This document shows, in pieces, positions 52,335 through 64,000 of a stretch of 64,000 bases of DNA. The translations under genes were made by a program, and so were the position numbers. The stretch comes from Patellaria atrata CBS 101060. Lineage: Eukaryota. The notes beneath the pieces are model-generated. The model was given only the letters and a program-made list of their open reading frames with translations, did not search any database and had not been told where the DNA came from. Location of the stretch: the NCBI GenBank assembly GCA_010093705.1, contig MU006095.1:186001-250000 (forward strand). The letters are read 5' to 3'. Within the stretch, counting starts at the first letter, position 1; each line of letters opens with the position of its first letter.

Positions 52335-54396
52335 CTAAAGCCTGTTTAGAGTCTTCCAAGCAACCCATATTCTCCTCTTTTTCGGTACTGTGGCCCGCCC
52401 CGACTTCACCTGATATTCCTTCTGCCTCAGTACACGCCCAATCTCCATATAACTCTCTACAGCTACGCGCATTGGCCCCCTCACCGGATCGGGTAGATCC
52501 TCTATCGCTACGCGTCCACCATTGTACAACTCAAAAGCTTTATCCAGGAGTCTGGAGCGTAACCCATCCACTACGGGTCCCTTGGGGCTTTTCAAAACAT
52601 CCTCTACTGTTAAATTCTCTTCGGACAACCATGTCAAGGGCATGTAAACCCGTCCAATTGATGCGTCGACCGAGATATCGCGTGCTATATTGACGTATTG
52701 CAACGCTATTCCTACTTGGTGACCGTGCTTGACGATAGCGCTGCGATCATCAGCTGTGGAATTATTGCAATGATGGTGGAAGGCGAGCTCGATACATAGT
52801 TCAGCAACAGTGCCGGCGACACGGGATGCGTATATTTCGAGCTCTTGTTCTGATTTGATTGGGGGCGCTAGCTCTGAATCTGGGAATTGGGTATCAGACT
52901 TCAGCCCTTCGAATTGAAGATCCATCCAAAACCCTTCAAGGAGTTCGTCAAAGGGCTTCCTCGGAAGGTACGATGTCGGAAGAAGCAGTAAAGCCAATCG
53001 AATATCTGCGGAAAATGTATCCATAACATACTCCCGAACGGATTGGGAGTGTTTCGAGGGTTCGTAAGCGATGTCCATAAATTTCTGGAGTTTCATTATC
53101 CAATCTCGCGCTTCTTGAGGCGCTTGAGCATGGTCAACTAGATCATCCGCAACACGACAAAAAGAGTATCTGCACAAATTAGACGAATACTAGAGTAGAT
53201 ATTAAGGAAAATTATGCTTACACAAGAATCAGGTCGATCCGAAGTCTTCCATAGAAAGCTCCACTAGCTAGATAGAAGCTCCGACTCTTACCACGCAACC
53301 TAGCGACAGCATCTTTGAGACCTCTGACACGTTCTTCGTCGTATTTATCAGACGGTGTGAGTAAACCTAGCGTTAACTGAGCTGGGGAAGGTAATGGGGG
53401 TACATTTGGAAACAAGGTAGGAAATGCGTATAGGATCGCCAACGCGTTATCAAAAGCGATTAACCCAAAAACAATGAGGGTATTCGTTGCTAAAAAGAAT
53501 GCCGCTTCCCTGTCATGGTTAACAACAAGACGGGAGGTAAAACAAAGTGCTGTAGCTTACTCTATTTCCAAACCATCCCATAGCTGCCATCCAAATTTAG
53601 TACCCGCCTCAATAACCCAAGTACCTCGTCTCAGAGCCAATGTATCTACAATCCATAGATAGACTGTAGGCAATATAATTGGAAGGATAGTATTTGTCCA
53701 GGGAAGGCCAACCAGAAACTGATAAGCAATCGTCCTATTCAGAATTAGTAATTGAGTGATTGCAAGTGGTTCACTAATCAGTCACACCATAGGAAGAGCA
53801 AGACAGGACCAGCCCATGCAAGGATCAAACCAAGATATGTTTTCTCTTTGGCATCACGAATGTAGTAAACGCCCTTTGCAATGACCAGAGCCAGTAGGAG
53901 TTGTCCCGCTGTGCGATATGCACGTGCCTTTTGACGAGATACAGAAAGAATGTACGCGGAATGGAAAGTTGGTTTGCTAAGCAGTAGATAGAGAAGAGAT
54001 GTATTATAAGTTTGAATCATAAAGAAGAAAACTTCTTCCAGAGGTATTTGGAATAGAGTTGGTCCAATGATTACATTAGATGGATAGCTCCAGATCCGAT
54101 TTCGAATAAGGTACGAGTCCCATGGAATGGTGGAGACAACGGCAACCTATAATCTCTATCAGAATATCCGTTGCAGTAGCCCATCAGTTTGGGACTCACG
54201 GTCACTAGGAAAACGATCTTGTAAATGTCCGCTGCAGTAACCAACGGTCTGTATAAGACCGAAAGAATTATCGCTGGGGGTATAGTGAATTTCAAATGCC
54301 TAAGGGACGTGTTAGCGTTTGGTAGAGGTAACGGGGGATCGAGATGCCAGCATCTCAACGTATTAAAACGTACACAAGGGCGTACTCGTAACCCAT
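52335..54396 (-). CDS. carRA: Bifunctional lycopene cyclase / phytoene synthase (carRA/al-2); several introns
   Basis: [37 protein letters not shown] (cyclase); [44 protein letters not shown] (synthase). Confidence 0.96.
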
Positions 54397-55313
54397 TTCG
54401 CCCAGCCTAGATGTAAAACTGCTCTCTTAGTCGCCTCAGCATCACAAAATGGTACGCGTTCTGTCAATTGAATGCAAAAAGGTTCAAAAGCCACGCAAAC
54501 GCCTGTAAAAGAAAGATTAGGAGTAGGACCTTTCCGAGCAACAAAATTTTCCTAAGTCACACACGTCAAATATGAGAACAGGCCATACTGCAGGAGACGC
54601 AATGTCTGAGGCTCAGATCGAATGGTAATGCACATTGGTAGTGCTTCCCTAGAACTCCTTAAGCCCCCATCATCCCACTCGCTGTCAGACTCATTAGGAT
54701 ATTCCTCCGGATGCGTGCGCATCTTTCCTCGCCATGTATGCGCTCTCTGCGGTCTTACATTGGTTCCAACCCAGGTGGCACACTGAGAGGATCAATCATG
54801 TTATGGAAGAAATGTCAAAGAAAGGCGGAAATGACAATGAAGTCGTTAAGAGCTACGATACCGCTTATCCTCTTCCGTGTGATCAAACAGGGATGGCTAC
54901 TCCCTTATTGACCTCTAACTACTTATGGCTAGAGTCAGATCTCAGGTACATTTAAATGAGACGTCATAGACTTTATATTCCTCCGGCGAGGACCCGTGAC
55001 TAACAATGCCATGATTTACCTTAAAATCAGGCTGTCGAGAGCGAAATTATGCTACTTCATCAGTATGATAACGTCCCTGTACTGTACAAGAGGTAGAACT
55101 GGCGGATTCTCCAACGCGTAATTCACACGTTGAGGTCACATGTACAACTACAAGCTAACTAACGGCTCATCGCGGCCATCCACCCCTCCATGTGGTTGCC
55201 GCAAATGTTCAATCCAAACATGGAGGTCGCAAGCCCATTCCAACGTCGCTGCTCCAACCACCCCTCAGTCTCCGCAACTGAACGCGGATGTTCAAATATT
55301 GTAGGTTGTGGTA
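54397..55313. promoter_or_regulatory. Divergent carRA/carX promoter with candidate light-response element CGATACCGCT (54856-54865)
   Basis: Head-to-head genes; motif fits the CGAT(N)CCGCT consensus recalled for White Collar Complex sites; several GATC nearby. Confidence 0.5.
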
Positions 55314-57342
55314 ATGCCTTCTTGGAAGCGTAAAAGGGGAAAGCAGAATCAGCATCCGTACGTCCTCCTCCCTAAATGCGTGCCAGATACCTAACAGCTG
55401 GAGTAGATATTTGTCGGGAAACTTTGCTCCAATACAGAGGATACGACCTCTTACATCATGCACGTATTCCGGTACCATTCCAGATGAGCTCGCTGGGGGA
55501 CAGTACGTTCGTAATGGAGGCAATCCCGTAACGAACCAAGACCTGGGAAGAGATGCGCACTGGTTTGATGGAGATGGGATGCTCTCTGGTGTCTTGTTCG
55601 AAAGATCCGACATTATTCGACCTGCATTTGTCAACCAGTACATCTTGACTGATATCTACCTTTCAACCGTGTCGACACCGTCTTTGAAAATTCCAATTCT
55701 TCCAAGTATAGCAACTTTGGTCAATCCAATTTCCTCTCTATTACATATCCTTTTCACTATATTGCGGACCGTATTTTTAGCCATTCTCTCCCATCTTCCG
55801 GGCTCACCTCACCCAATAGAAAGGATCAGCGTTGCGAATACAGGAATTCTCTACCACAATGGTAGAGCACTAGCGACTTGTGAAAGTGGACCGCCTATGA
55901 GGGTTCAACTTCCCAAGCTTGAAACAATAGGCTGGTTTGATGGTAATGTCGCAGAAGGGGAACTGAACTCGAAAGAGGGGCCGGGCTTCGGCGGAGAAGG
56001 ACTACTCAGCTTCATGAAAGAGTGGACCACCGGGCATCCGAAAGTTGATCCATTAACTGGTGAAATGATCCTTTTCCATTCGACTTTTACAACACCTTAC
56101 GTTCATTATTCAGTCATTCCAAGTACGAGGTCGCGATGGGATAAATTGCTGAACGCTCCTGTTTCTGGCGTTTCCGGTGCCAAGATGATGCATGACTTTG
56201 GAGTCTCCCTTAATCACACTATTATAATGGACCTTCCATTAACTCTCGATCCTATCAATCTTCTAAGGAACAAACCAATTGTATCGTATGATCCTTCACA
56301 CCCTTCCCGGTTTGGCATATTCCCTCGTCGAGATCCTTCCCATGTACAGTGGTTTAAGACTTCGGCGTGCTGTATCTTCCACACCGTTAATACGTGGGAT
56401 GTATTTGACGCCTCTGGCGATGTGGATTCGGTCAACCTACTTGCCTGTAGACAAACTTCTGCATCTGTGGTATTCGCAGCAGGAAATCTTACTGCCCCTA
56501 AGACGACTATGACCATCGAATCCTCTAACCCCATATCATTTTTTGATACATACGACGAGGATGAAGCACTTATCGCCGACGATGTCTCCGAATGCTCCAG
56601 CCTCCTCGATGAAGCTGAGCAATGCCGCCTGTACTACTACTCTTTCTCTCTTCGTACTTCGACAATTACATCGCAATACGCTCTTTCCGCCATCTCGTTC
56701 GAGTTCCCCTCTTGCCGACCAGATCGTGAAATGCAATCTGCCCGCTACGTTTACGGTTGTAGCACTTCTACCGGCTCTTCCTTCTCCGCTGCACTAGGTA
56801 AGGCAGCTAAGATCGACGTTATCGCTAAAGTCGATGTAGAAACGCTCATCCGTCAAGGGCTAAAGCATCCACCCGCCACGGTTACAGGCTGCGTAGACAG
56901 GAGGAGCATCGCACAGGTTCTCGCGTCTGAGGACCCTAAAGACCCGATACGGTGCTTCAAGCTGCCGCCGAAGCATTTCGCACAGGAATCGAGGTTCGTA
57001 CCAAGGAAGGGAGGAGGAGCTGAAGATGACGGGTTTTTACTCTTTTATATCTTTGATGAGAGTCAGTTGACCAAAGATGGTAATGCTCCTGAAACCGCCT
57101 TTTCGGAACTCTGGGTCTTAGATGCGAGGAATATGAGAGATGTGGTTTGCAAGGTCAAATTACCTCAAAGAGTACCATATGGATTGCATGGAAGCTGGTT
57201 TAGTGAGGAGATGATCAGGAACCAGCGTCCTATCGGGAAGTTAAGGAGTCTTGACGATATCATGAAAGTTGAGATTAGAGGAGGTGCGGGCTGGAGAGCG
57301 TGGATGGCTGTGAGAAAAGGAATAGAAAGGTTATTAAGATGA
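55314..57342 (+). CDS. carX: Carotenoid cleavage oxygenase (CarX-like, RPE65/CCD family); one intron at ~55357-55406
   Basis: MPSWKRKRG..HP|YLSGNFAP, YVRNGGNP, HWFDGDG, iron-ligand His in TTGHPK, MMHDFG, IFHTVN, PYGLHG; EFP and EDDG motifs. Confidence 0.93.
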
Positions 57343-57708
57343 ATCATGAAGGGGCTCATCCACGGTGACTGCAATGCTCCCGGAGTCTAGATTAGTGTTT
57401 CATCACAAAGCGTACAGCAAGCATATAGCAAGTCAGGGGTGTCATAACAGGAATTTACTATCTCAGTGACTCGGTGTACAGCTCACCTGGTCGTCCTAGG
57501 GGATTGAGGCATTGCCCCAAACTTTATTTCCACGAACGCCTCTCTATACAAAGGTTGCCGAACCATGCCGTCGGGCCATACATCGTTAAATCGCCACGCT
57601 ATAAGTCGGCCAATCCGCTAAAAGTATGATCCATATCGTGCAATGCCCTACTCCGTGTATAGTGATCCTTCTATTAGTAAGGTAGAGATTTTAAATAAGT
57701 AATGGGAG

Positions 57709-58153
57709 CTGTTATTTAGACACTCTCTTCCAAAAAGGGAAGGTGACTAACCTAAAATAGCATTCGAATTAAATATGCCTGACACACCTCCCTTCTAGTG
57801 AGGTGGGCTTCAGCTTAAATTTATAGCAGTAGCTCAAATTCGTACTTAGGTTTGTGCCCAGATTCATACTCAGACACGTCTGTGGATACTCCTTTAGATT
57901 CGTGCTTATATATATCTTTACCATAGATACGGCTTTATATACAGCTTAACCATGTGCTTAATTAGATACAGCCTTAAATTCAACCAGCATCTGATAAAAG
58001 TATGCCTAATTTTAGCTATACTAACGTTAGATTTCAGTGCTATGAGATACTAGCTTGAGACGCCCTTTTTAACGAAAAGTTCGACTGACTCTTTAGGTTA
58101 GCCTCCTTCCCTTATTGTTAATGTAGTAAAAGAGGGGTGTGTCAAAATAACAG
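57709..58153. mobile_element. MITE-like element of ~445 bp with long imperfect terminal inverted repeats
   Basis: CTGTTATTTAGACAC at the left versus GTGTCAAAATAACAG at the right; inner arms AAGGGAAGGTGACTAACCTAAA / TTTAGGTTAGCCTCCTTCCCTT; AT/TA-rich non-coding interior; no clear TSD. Confidence 0.75.
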
Positions 58154-59449
58154 TCGTCTAAAAAATCAAGACGTGAAACTTACCGTAGAACTACCGTAGG
58201 AAGAGAGACGGATAAGCCAATAGGGTATAGAAGTTTCTTTGTCCCTTGGCTCCATACTCTTCTTCACATTCAATCTTCCACACAAAGCTCAGAGTATTCA
58301 CTTCACGGTTATGGCTTCAAAGGACAATAAATCAGAAACCTATTCCCCTATTCCCAAGGGCGTGATGCTCCCCGAGTCTATCAGAGAGAGTGGTGGGGTT
58401 TCATTGGGACAACACATCACGACGGTGATTGACGAGGGCCAACAGACTGTGTCTATCTTTCGAATCAAAAGTGAATGACGATAACTGAATGAGATTAAGT
58501 GATGTTCTGCTAACTCTCCCATGCTCGAAACTTTGCTCCAAGAAAATTTCTACGTAGTGCTCCGTACAGTGCTTAGCTTACTCCAAGGTCTACTCCAGCA
58601 GCTGCTGTTCAATTATCTCATGGCTTAGAGGCGTAATCTTCGGTAGCTTGTCAGTCTCCACACTTTATATAGTGCGCTCCAGAGTATCGTAGATTCGCTA
58701 TTGACACGGTTGAGATGGTGAACGCAAACCGGAATAGCGCTACATGCAATCCCTGGATATAGATTTAAGGTTCTTTGTCCTCGATGTCGTTTCTCGTAAC
58801 CCATGCTCAGATCCTTGTCATTTGGCACCTCAGCCATGCTCGTAGTGATGAATTGTGGGCGTCTAGGATTCTGAATCCCTTCTTCGTAGCACATTAGACA
58901 GACGAGCTTGTGAACTGCTTAGGCCTTATATTCAGTGTAGTGCTCCTGGGCTCGTATCACTCTGTGGCTCTGGCCTAATCCCAGGTAAAGCGGCAATGTT
59001 CCGTAGTTAAAAACAAGGGATGTGTATCTCGTCCCCGTTGGAACATTTCCTCGCCTTCTGAGCGCTCTGTCTCAGGTGGTCTCCCAAGTCTCCTTTACGG
59101 AGAAGCCCTTGTGCATGGATGGTGCTTAATCAAACCTAGAATTTGGCGTATTAATTATACGGCGGTATGATCCCCTGCTAGTAACTATGGGGAAACCACC
59201 AATGAGAGGGGTAAACTCGATTAAGTTTTTGTTCTAATGAGCGAAGTATTTCATCCGGGCAAGAAAGCTAAACAAAATAGTAGTAGTAAGACAAGACCTG
59301 TCCCTTGAAGCAGCATCAAAAAGCTTTTGAATGGAAGCTTGTATTGACGCCGGATAGAAGTTGCAAAGGTCGTGAATCTTCCACGATAAACATCCGTGAG
59401 TTCGGTTGGATTTTCAATTTTCTGATCAAGGTGATGTTTGATTTCAAGA

Positions 59450-59800
59450 TCAATACTCCGACTGTTTTTGGGGATTAGTTTGTATTTGGATACTTTCACC
59501 GGCCTCTGATTCTCTGCCTTGCATTCTAGAATTCGACGGAACGGGTGAAGTGGGATCTGCATTCCTGTTCGTGTGAGACTTCAGTATCTCGATAATCTCG
59601 CTTTTGCCGTGCTTTTCTGCACATCCTTTTGCTGTGCGTCCATAGAAAACTCCAATGCTAGTATTTGCACCAAGGTCGAGCAGATAACGGACAACATCGG
59701 CCTTACCTGCTTCAGCTGCTTTAAGTATAGTGATGGGCGTAACGTGCGGGGCTACAGGTAGGCCTGGACGTGGGCCTGGTAGTAAAGAGGGCGTCGCCAT
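59450..59800 (-). pseudogene. Ankyrin-repeat gene fragment
   Basis: TILKAAEAGKADVVRYLLDLGAN...GRTAKGCAEKHGKSEIIEIL. Confidence 0.65.
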
Positions 59801-60245
59801 GATGTTATATAAGACTTCGTATCAAAAGGTGTATTTGAGCAAGATTGAAGGTTGAACGTGATGAAAGATGTCATGAGATCTGGCGGTGGATGGATGAGAG
59901 TTGGAATGACAAAAGGTCAAATCATCGCTCACCGCTTTCCAGGTAGAGCATTCTGCCGGTTTCAGCCTTACAGTGTTAGTAATGACCCCCACTGTTTTTG
60001 AACTTAAGGCAATAAGAGTATTTATCGTCATGAATAACGGAATATCTAATTCTTTTCTTTGGACTAAGTATAAGCACAATCTCTCGAGGGCTCATAGAAC
60101 GTAGATTACGATGAGCTCAGCTCGTCTTGAACAGAGCCAACCGAGCTACTTTCGCGTTTCCACCGTCTTTGATCCACTGTAGTCCACTATAGTCCACTAT
60201 GGTAGTCCATCAGCTTACAAGTACATTTTGAACATCTACCGCTAA

Positions 60246-60774
60246 ATGTCCGTTTTACAGCCGGGCGGGCTCCTGGGTTTATAGGAATCTCTGGGTACAG
60301 CCCTCATAGTACCGATGAGAGGGATCGGCTTTGTCTCCTTTGATCAGACACCGGGAATTGGCACTAGAGACTTAGAGGGCTGCTCCGTCGTCGTGATCGT
60401 GTCCAAGTTTGGCGCGATTCTCGCCCATATTCCTCCGCATCGACCGCAACCATCAACAGATCCATATGCCGGGGGATAACTATTGCCGGTGTATGATGGA
60501 CTAGGTCAAAATCCTGAATAATCAGAAGAAAGCGTACGGCTATTTTCCTGAGGCGGAAACCACTGTCGTTTGCGCTCGATTCAAAGAGGCTGTGGCATTA
60601 CCAGATCAGGTACTGCTAATGCGTCAATCGCTTCAGGATCTGGGTTATCATGCGAATGTCCATATTTACGACGTCCCCGGAAATAGTGAAGTTCCTGGAC
60701 AGGGCACAGTAGCGGTTATATCGAACCCAAATGGGGGAAATCCGATTCTCTATCTAGAAAACAGAGTTATCTAG
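60246..60774 (+). pseudogene. Small Cys/His protein pseudogene (CheD/CNF1-like deamidase-type motif)
   Basis: GTRDLEGCSVVVIVSKFGAILAHIPP; two in-frame TAG codons and a +1 shift in a G5 run at ~60471. Confidence 0.55.
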
Positions 60775-61599
60775 AGTGGCTCTCCCGAATATCTTCTGCA
60801 TGGTCATTTTGCTGCTCCTGGTCACTGGTGATCCCCTTGGTTTTACCTTCGATATACATGCATAGTATTATGTAAGGCTGGAATGTATAGTTCATCTATG
60901 TATTTCCTGACTTGCTTATACTCTCCGTGTCATAGACATATTGGGTTCAGAGAACATCTGAGTAATGTATCGTATACAAGGCGTAAAACGGGAATAACGG
61001 CCCATATCGCATACTAGAAGGATTATGGTTGGGAAGGACTAACTTAGTTTGGATCTGTTCCTCTTTTCTTCTTCTTTCCTATCTTCTTTTCTCCTTTTAC
61101 TTCCATCTCGAATTTCGGACAATAATCTCATTCTCCTCCTGTTAACAACGAAGACATAAGCCCAATGAAGCAGGATAATTCTTAAGATTGACAAGATGTA
61201 CATTTTTTGCTCCCATAAGGTTCTTTGAAGACCAAAATTGGTACCTTTATATTTAAATATAACACAGCATATACATGACCATAGCTAGACGTACAACCGG
61301 TATACTCTCTAATAGTTTGCGTGATGCACGTCCTGTCTGCTGCGCAGGAATCGGTGGACTGCTAGGGTCAGACCAAGGGTTTGATGCCAAGCATCTGGTA
61401 GACGTCAGATATCTCATCTTGAAGAGTAACCATCTCCAAATAAAACCACCGTTTTGAAGTTAATCAATTCCATATAATGGTAGTCTTTGAATGATAGAGC
61501 TTAGCTATCATTATTTAAGGTGGAACTAAATATCAGGTATTCATCTTCCTCTTTCTCAATTTTGATCTGCAGAGACAATCATCTTCTTAGTCTTTTGGT

Positions 61600-62865
61600 T
61601 CCAGGAAGTCGTCAGTATCAGCCTACGATGATCGAGCATCCCGAAGATTTGTTCTAGCGAATGCTATCAAGGTGTCAAATCGAACTCAGGAATAGATAGA
61701 ACAAAAGCACAGTAACTGATTAGTGCCTTGTTGAGAGCCAAACTACGTTAAGATCGGATGAAGAAGCTGACTTCTCGGAGGTGTTCACTTCAGAGAATTA
61801 TACATCTTCAGGGGCATCGAACGGCAACACGGCACCGTACAAAAAGGACTCTTATGAGGATGACCTTAGAAAAAAAAATCATACATAGATGACTATGCGA
61901 AAGGGGGGATGAATAAAGAAAGCGAAATACTTTGTAATATATTGCAGTACACAAAGCAGCCCGTTCCTCAAGGAACACATTTGAAGAGGATACTGTTGGT
62001 CGGTTTTTAACAGGACTCCAGAATCAGAACTAGTTCCAGGATTGTCCGCGATATCGGTTGTTATATCGTCCCAAGAGTCGCACAACTCTGGTCACCAGGC
62101 CCTGGGCATCTCGAACTATTGATTGAAAATGTGAACCCACCATAGCTCAATTCAGTACCTTTCCTGGGAACTCGGCCACAACCTGACTTTGCAGTTGGTT
62201 TCAGAGAGGACGCCTTCTCATATGAACAGTTAACCAAGATAGCGCCTGCGCTGGGGGGTCTCTCGCGCAACCAGTCATACTTTCTAGGCACGCGCACTAT
62301 GCTCTTACCCTTCTTCACTGCCGAAGTAAAGTGTGGGCATACTGGGCTCAATGTAGCCGATCGACAAAACGCCCATAGCATGACCTTCTCGGTTAGGGCC
62401 GTCGTCATGCTTGCTACTGCCGCCAACCGCGTAAAGTAACTGCACCGGCAGGCCATCGCCTTCTCGATATCTCACAACGAATCTGATTTTCGAATATACG
62501 GACACTACCATGTTATCAACGGGGACGAGACAAAGTACTACAGTCACCTAATCGCTGGGTACAACTTGAAAATGCACTGCGGTAGACACAGGTAGGACTC
62601 ATACATGTTCGTGGTGAACATTTATTATCACTTCGCCCTTGAACGTCTTAAGAGGCTTCGTTCGTACATTGATGATCTTCCAGCAGCCGCATTCGATGAG
62701 CACAGTCTCCCTGGTTTGAAGGAAGAAGTCGTACCCGAACCTGAACCCATGGTAGCGGTCGGTGTCAATATGTCAGCTCTCGAACGGACCATCACCTCTG
62801 TGTCTTCCAACGACGGACCTAGCGCTCCGAAGAGGCCTAGGATGGAGGATTATATGGAAACTTAG
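61600..62865 (+). pseudogene. Same uncharacterised fungal family (recalled as DUF7924), copy 2
   Basis: RIVRDIGCYIVP, LIENVN, RPQPDFAVGF, LPFFTAEVKCG, ADRQNAHSMTFSVR, FSISHN, IYGHY, LRSYIDDL; TAG/TAA stops and frameshifts. Confidence 0.82.
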
Positions 62866-63008
62866 GCTCTTATGCCGAACTTTTCGTTTCTATCCAAGTG
62901 CGATCGTAGTGGTTCTTGCTAGTTTCGGTTATTGTATGTGCTCTGATGCTATGATTTTCAGTTTGAATTGCCCTATTCTTTTAACACGTACTATTTTCTT
63001 GGTCTAGT

Positions 63009-63157
63009 CTGTCCTTACTGAATCTTGTTCGTTGAAGTCCAGTTTGTCTTTGTCTTTTCAGTCCAGTTCACAATCTCATCGACTGTCCTTACCGAATCTT
63101 ATTGTTGGAGTTCAGTTTTTTTTTGTTTTAGTAGACTAGTTCACAATTGAATCAAAG
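63009..63157. repeat. Two diverged ~74-bp tandem units
   Basis: CTGTCCTTACTGAATCTT...AGTTCACAAT recurs as CTGTCCTTACCGAATCTT...AGTTCACAAT. Confidence 0.7.
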
Positions 63158-64000
63158 CTGATTTACTACTGTCGAGGTACTTAAGGGTCTTTGTAGGCTT
63201 ATATGAAGGGCCCGATTACCGAGTGTTAGTGCCAATTTGTGAATATCAGAATGCGCCGGGCTTAAGGCAATATGCCGGTTACTGTACGAATATCAATCCA
63301 TTACTATCCAGTATACTAGACGCACATTACTATCTACTACGAGCTACGGATAGTACGAGTTACGTTAAAAGGAGCATTTCACCGTTACTCTGCAAGGTAA
63401 GCTCTTTTTGATTTCTATACACTTGAAGTATATATACAATACGAGTGGTTGAACTGTGCAATTTGTCCAGAATCTTTCCTTTCCCCTCTGTGTTCCCGGA
63501 AGCGCTATCCCTCAACGCGCACCTCTCGCACTTGTCCAGAGCCCCATACACAAGAACAATCCATCACCCTGCGTACGAACCTAAACGATCTATTTTCCAA
63601 AGTTTCCTTAAAATGTAGAATCTCCCTCCGACATGGTCAACTCGCCCATTTTGTCCTTAAGTAGATTGGGAAGAATAATAACCGTATCTCCCTAAAAATA
63701 TTAGTCTTTTGCCCTTATTTCTTGTGTTTATCTTATCTGTATATCCTGTTGTAGGATAGACTGTAGATGAAGTCCGTCGGCGAGCTTGTCTCGGGTATAT
63801 ACCACACCTCACTAGCAAAAGCATTTGAGGTATCAAGGTCAACTGAGATCCGAGCTGAACCAGACGTGAAGAGCTCCCAAAGAATGCTTGAGTATTGCTT
63901 CTCCAAGACACGGAGGCTGGCAGTCCGGCACATTGGGTGAAAAGCCGACCTCAACTTCTCTTTCCACTTTGAGGCCGTCTTAATTAAGTACACAACCCCT

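Noticed and set aside
57343..64000. carO opsin expected next to the car cluster
   Set aside because: No seven-transmembrane exons or retinal-binding DxxxK motif were found on either side of the cluster; a highly fragmented gene cannot be fully excluded by eye.
1..64000. Starship captain (tyrosine recombinase), intact transposase or reverse transcriptase, CRISPR array, tRNA or rRNA
   Set aside because: No corresponding motifs, repeat-spacer periodicity or cloverleaf structures were recognised.

Overview
This is an intron-containing filamentous ascomycete (Pezizomycotina) genomic window. Blocks of intact genes (D-lactate dehydrogenase, RPS4, dienelactone hydrolase, REV3, SLU7, YAE1, HAD-IIA hydrolase, Zn2Cys6 factor, carbonyl reductase, Sos7-like, ELP6-like, Vps62-like, ABC1/ADCK kinase) alternate with degenerate tracts carrying pseudogenes, several with RIP-like TAG stops. 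The main system is a carotenoid/retinal cluster (carB, carRA, carX). It has no adjacent opsin, is abutted by an ABC1 kinase, is interrupted by a dead gene of a putative PD-(D/E)xK-like family (second dead copy near 62 kb), and carries White-Collar-type CGAT(N)CCGCT motifs. Small structural elements include a 71-bp TG...CA insertion with a 5-bp target-site duplication, a ~445-bp MITE-like element, a 47-bp inverted repeat, and a duplicated RPS4 promoter module whose palindromic core recurs 24 kb away. Exon boundaries were read by eye and family names come from motif recall, not database searches.
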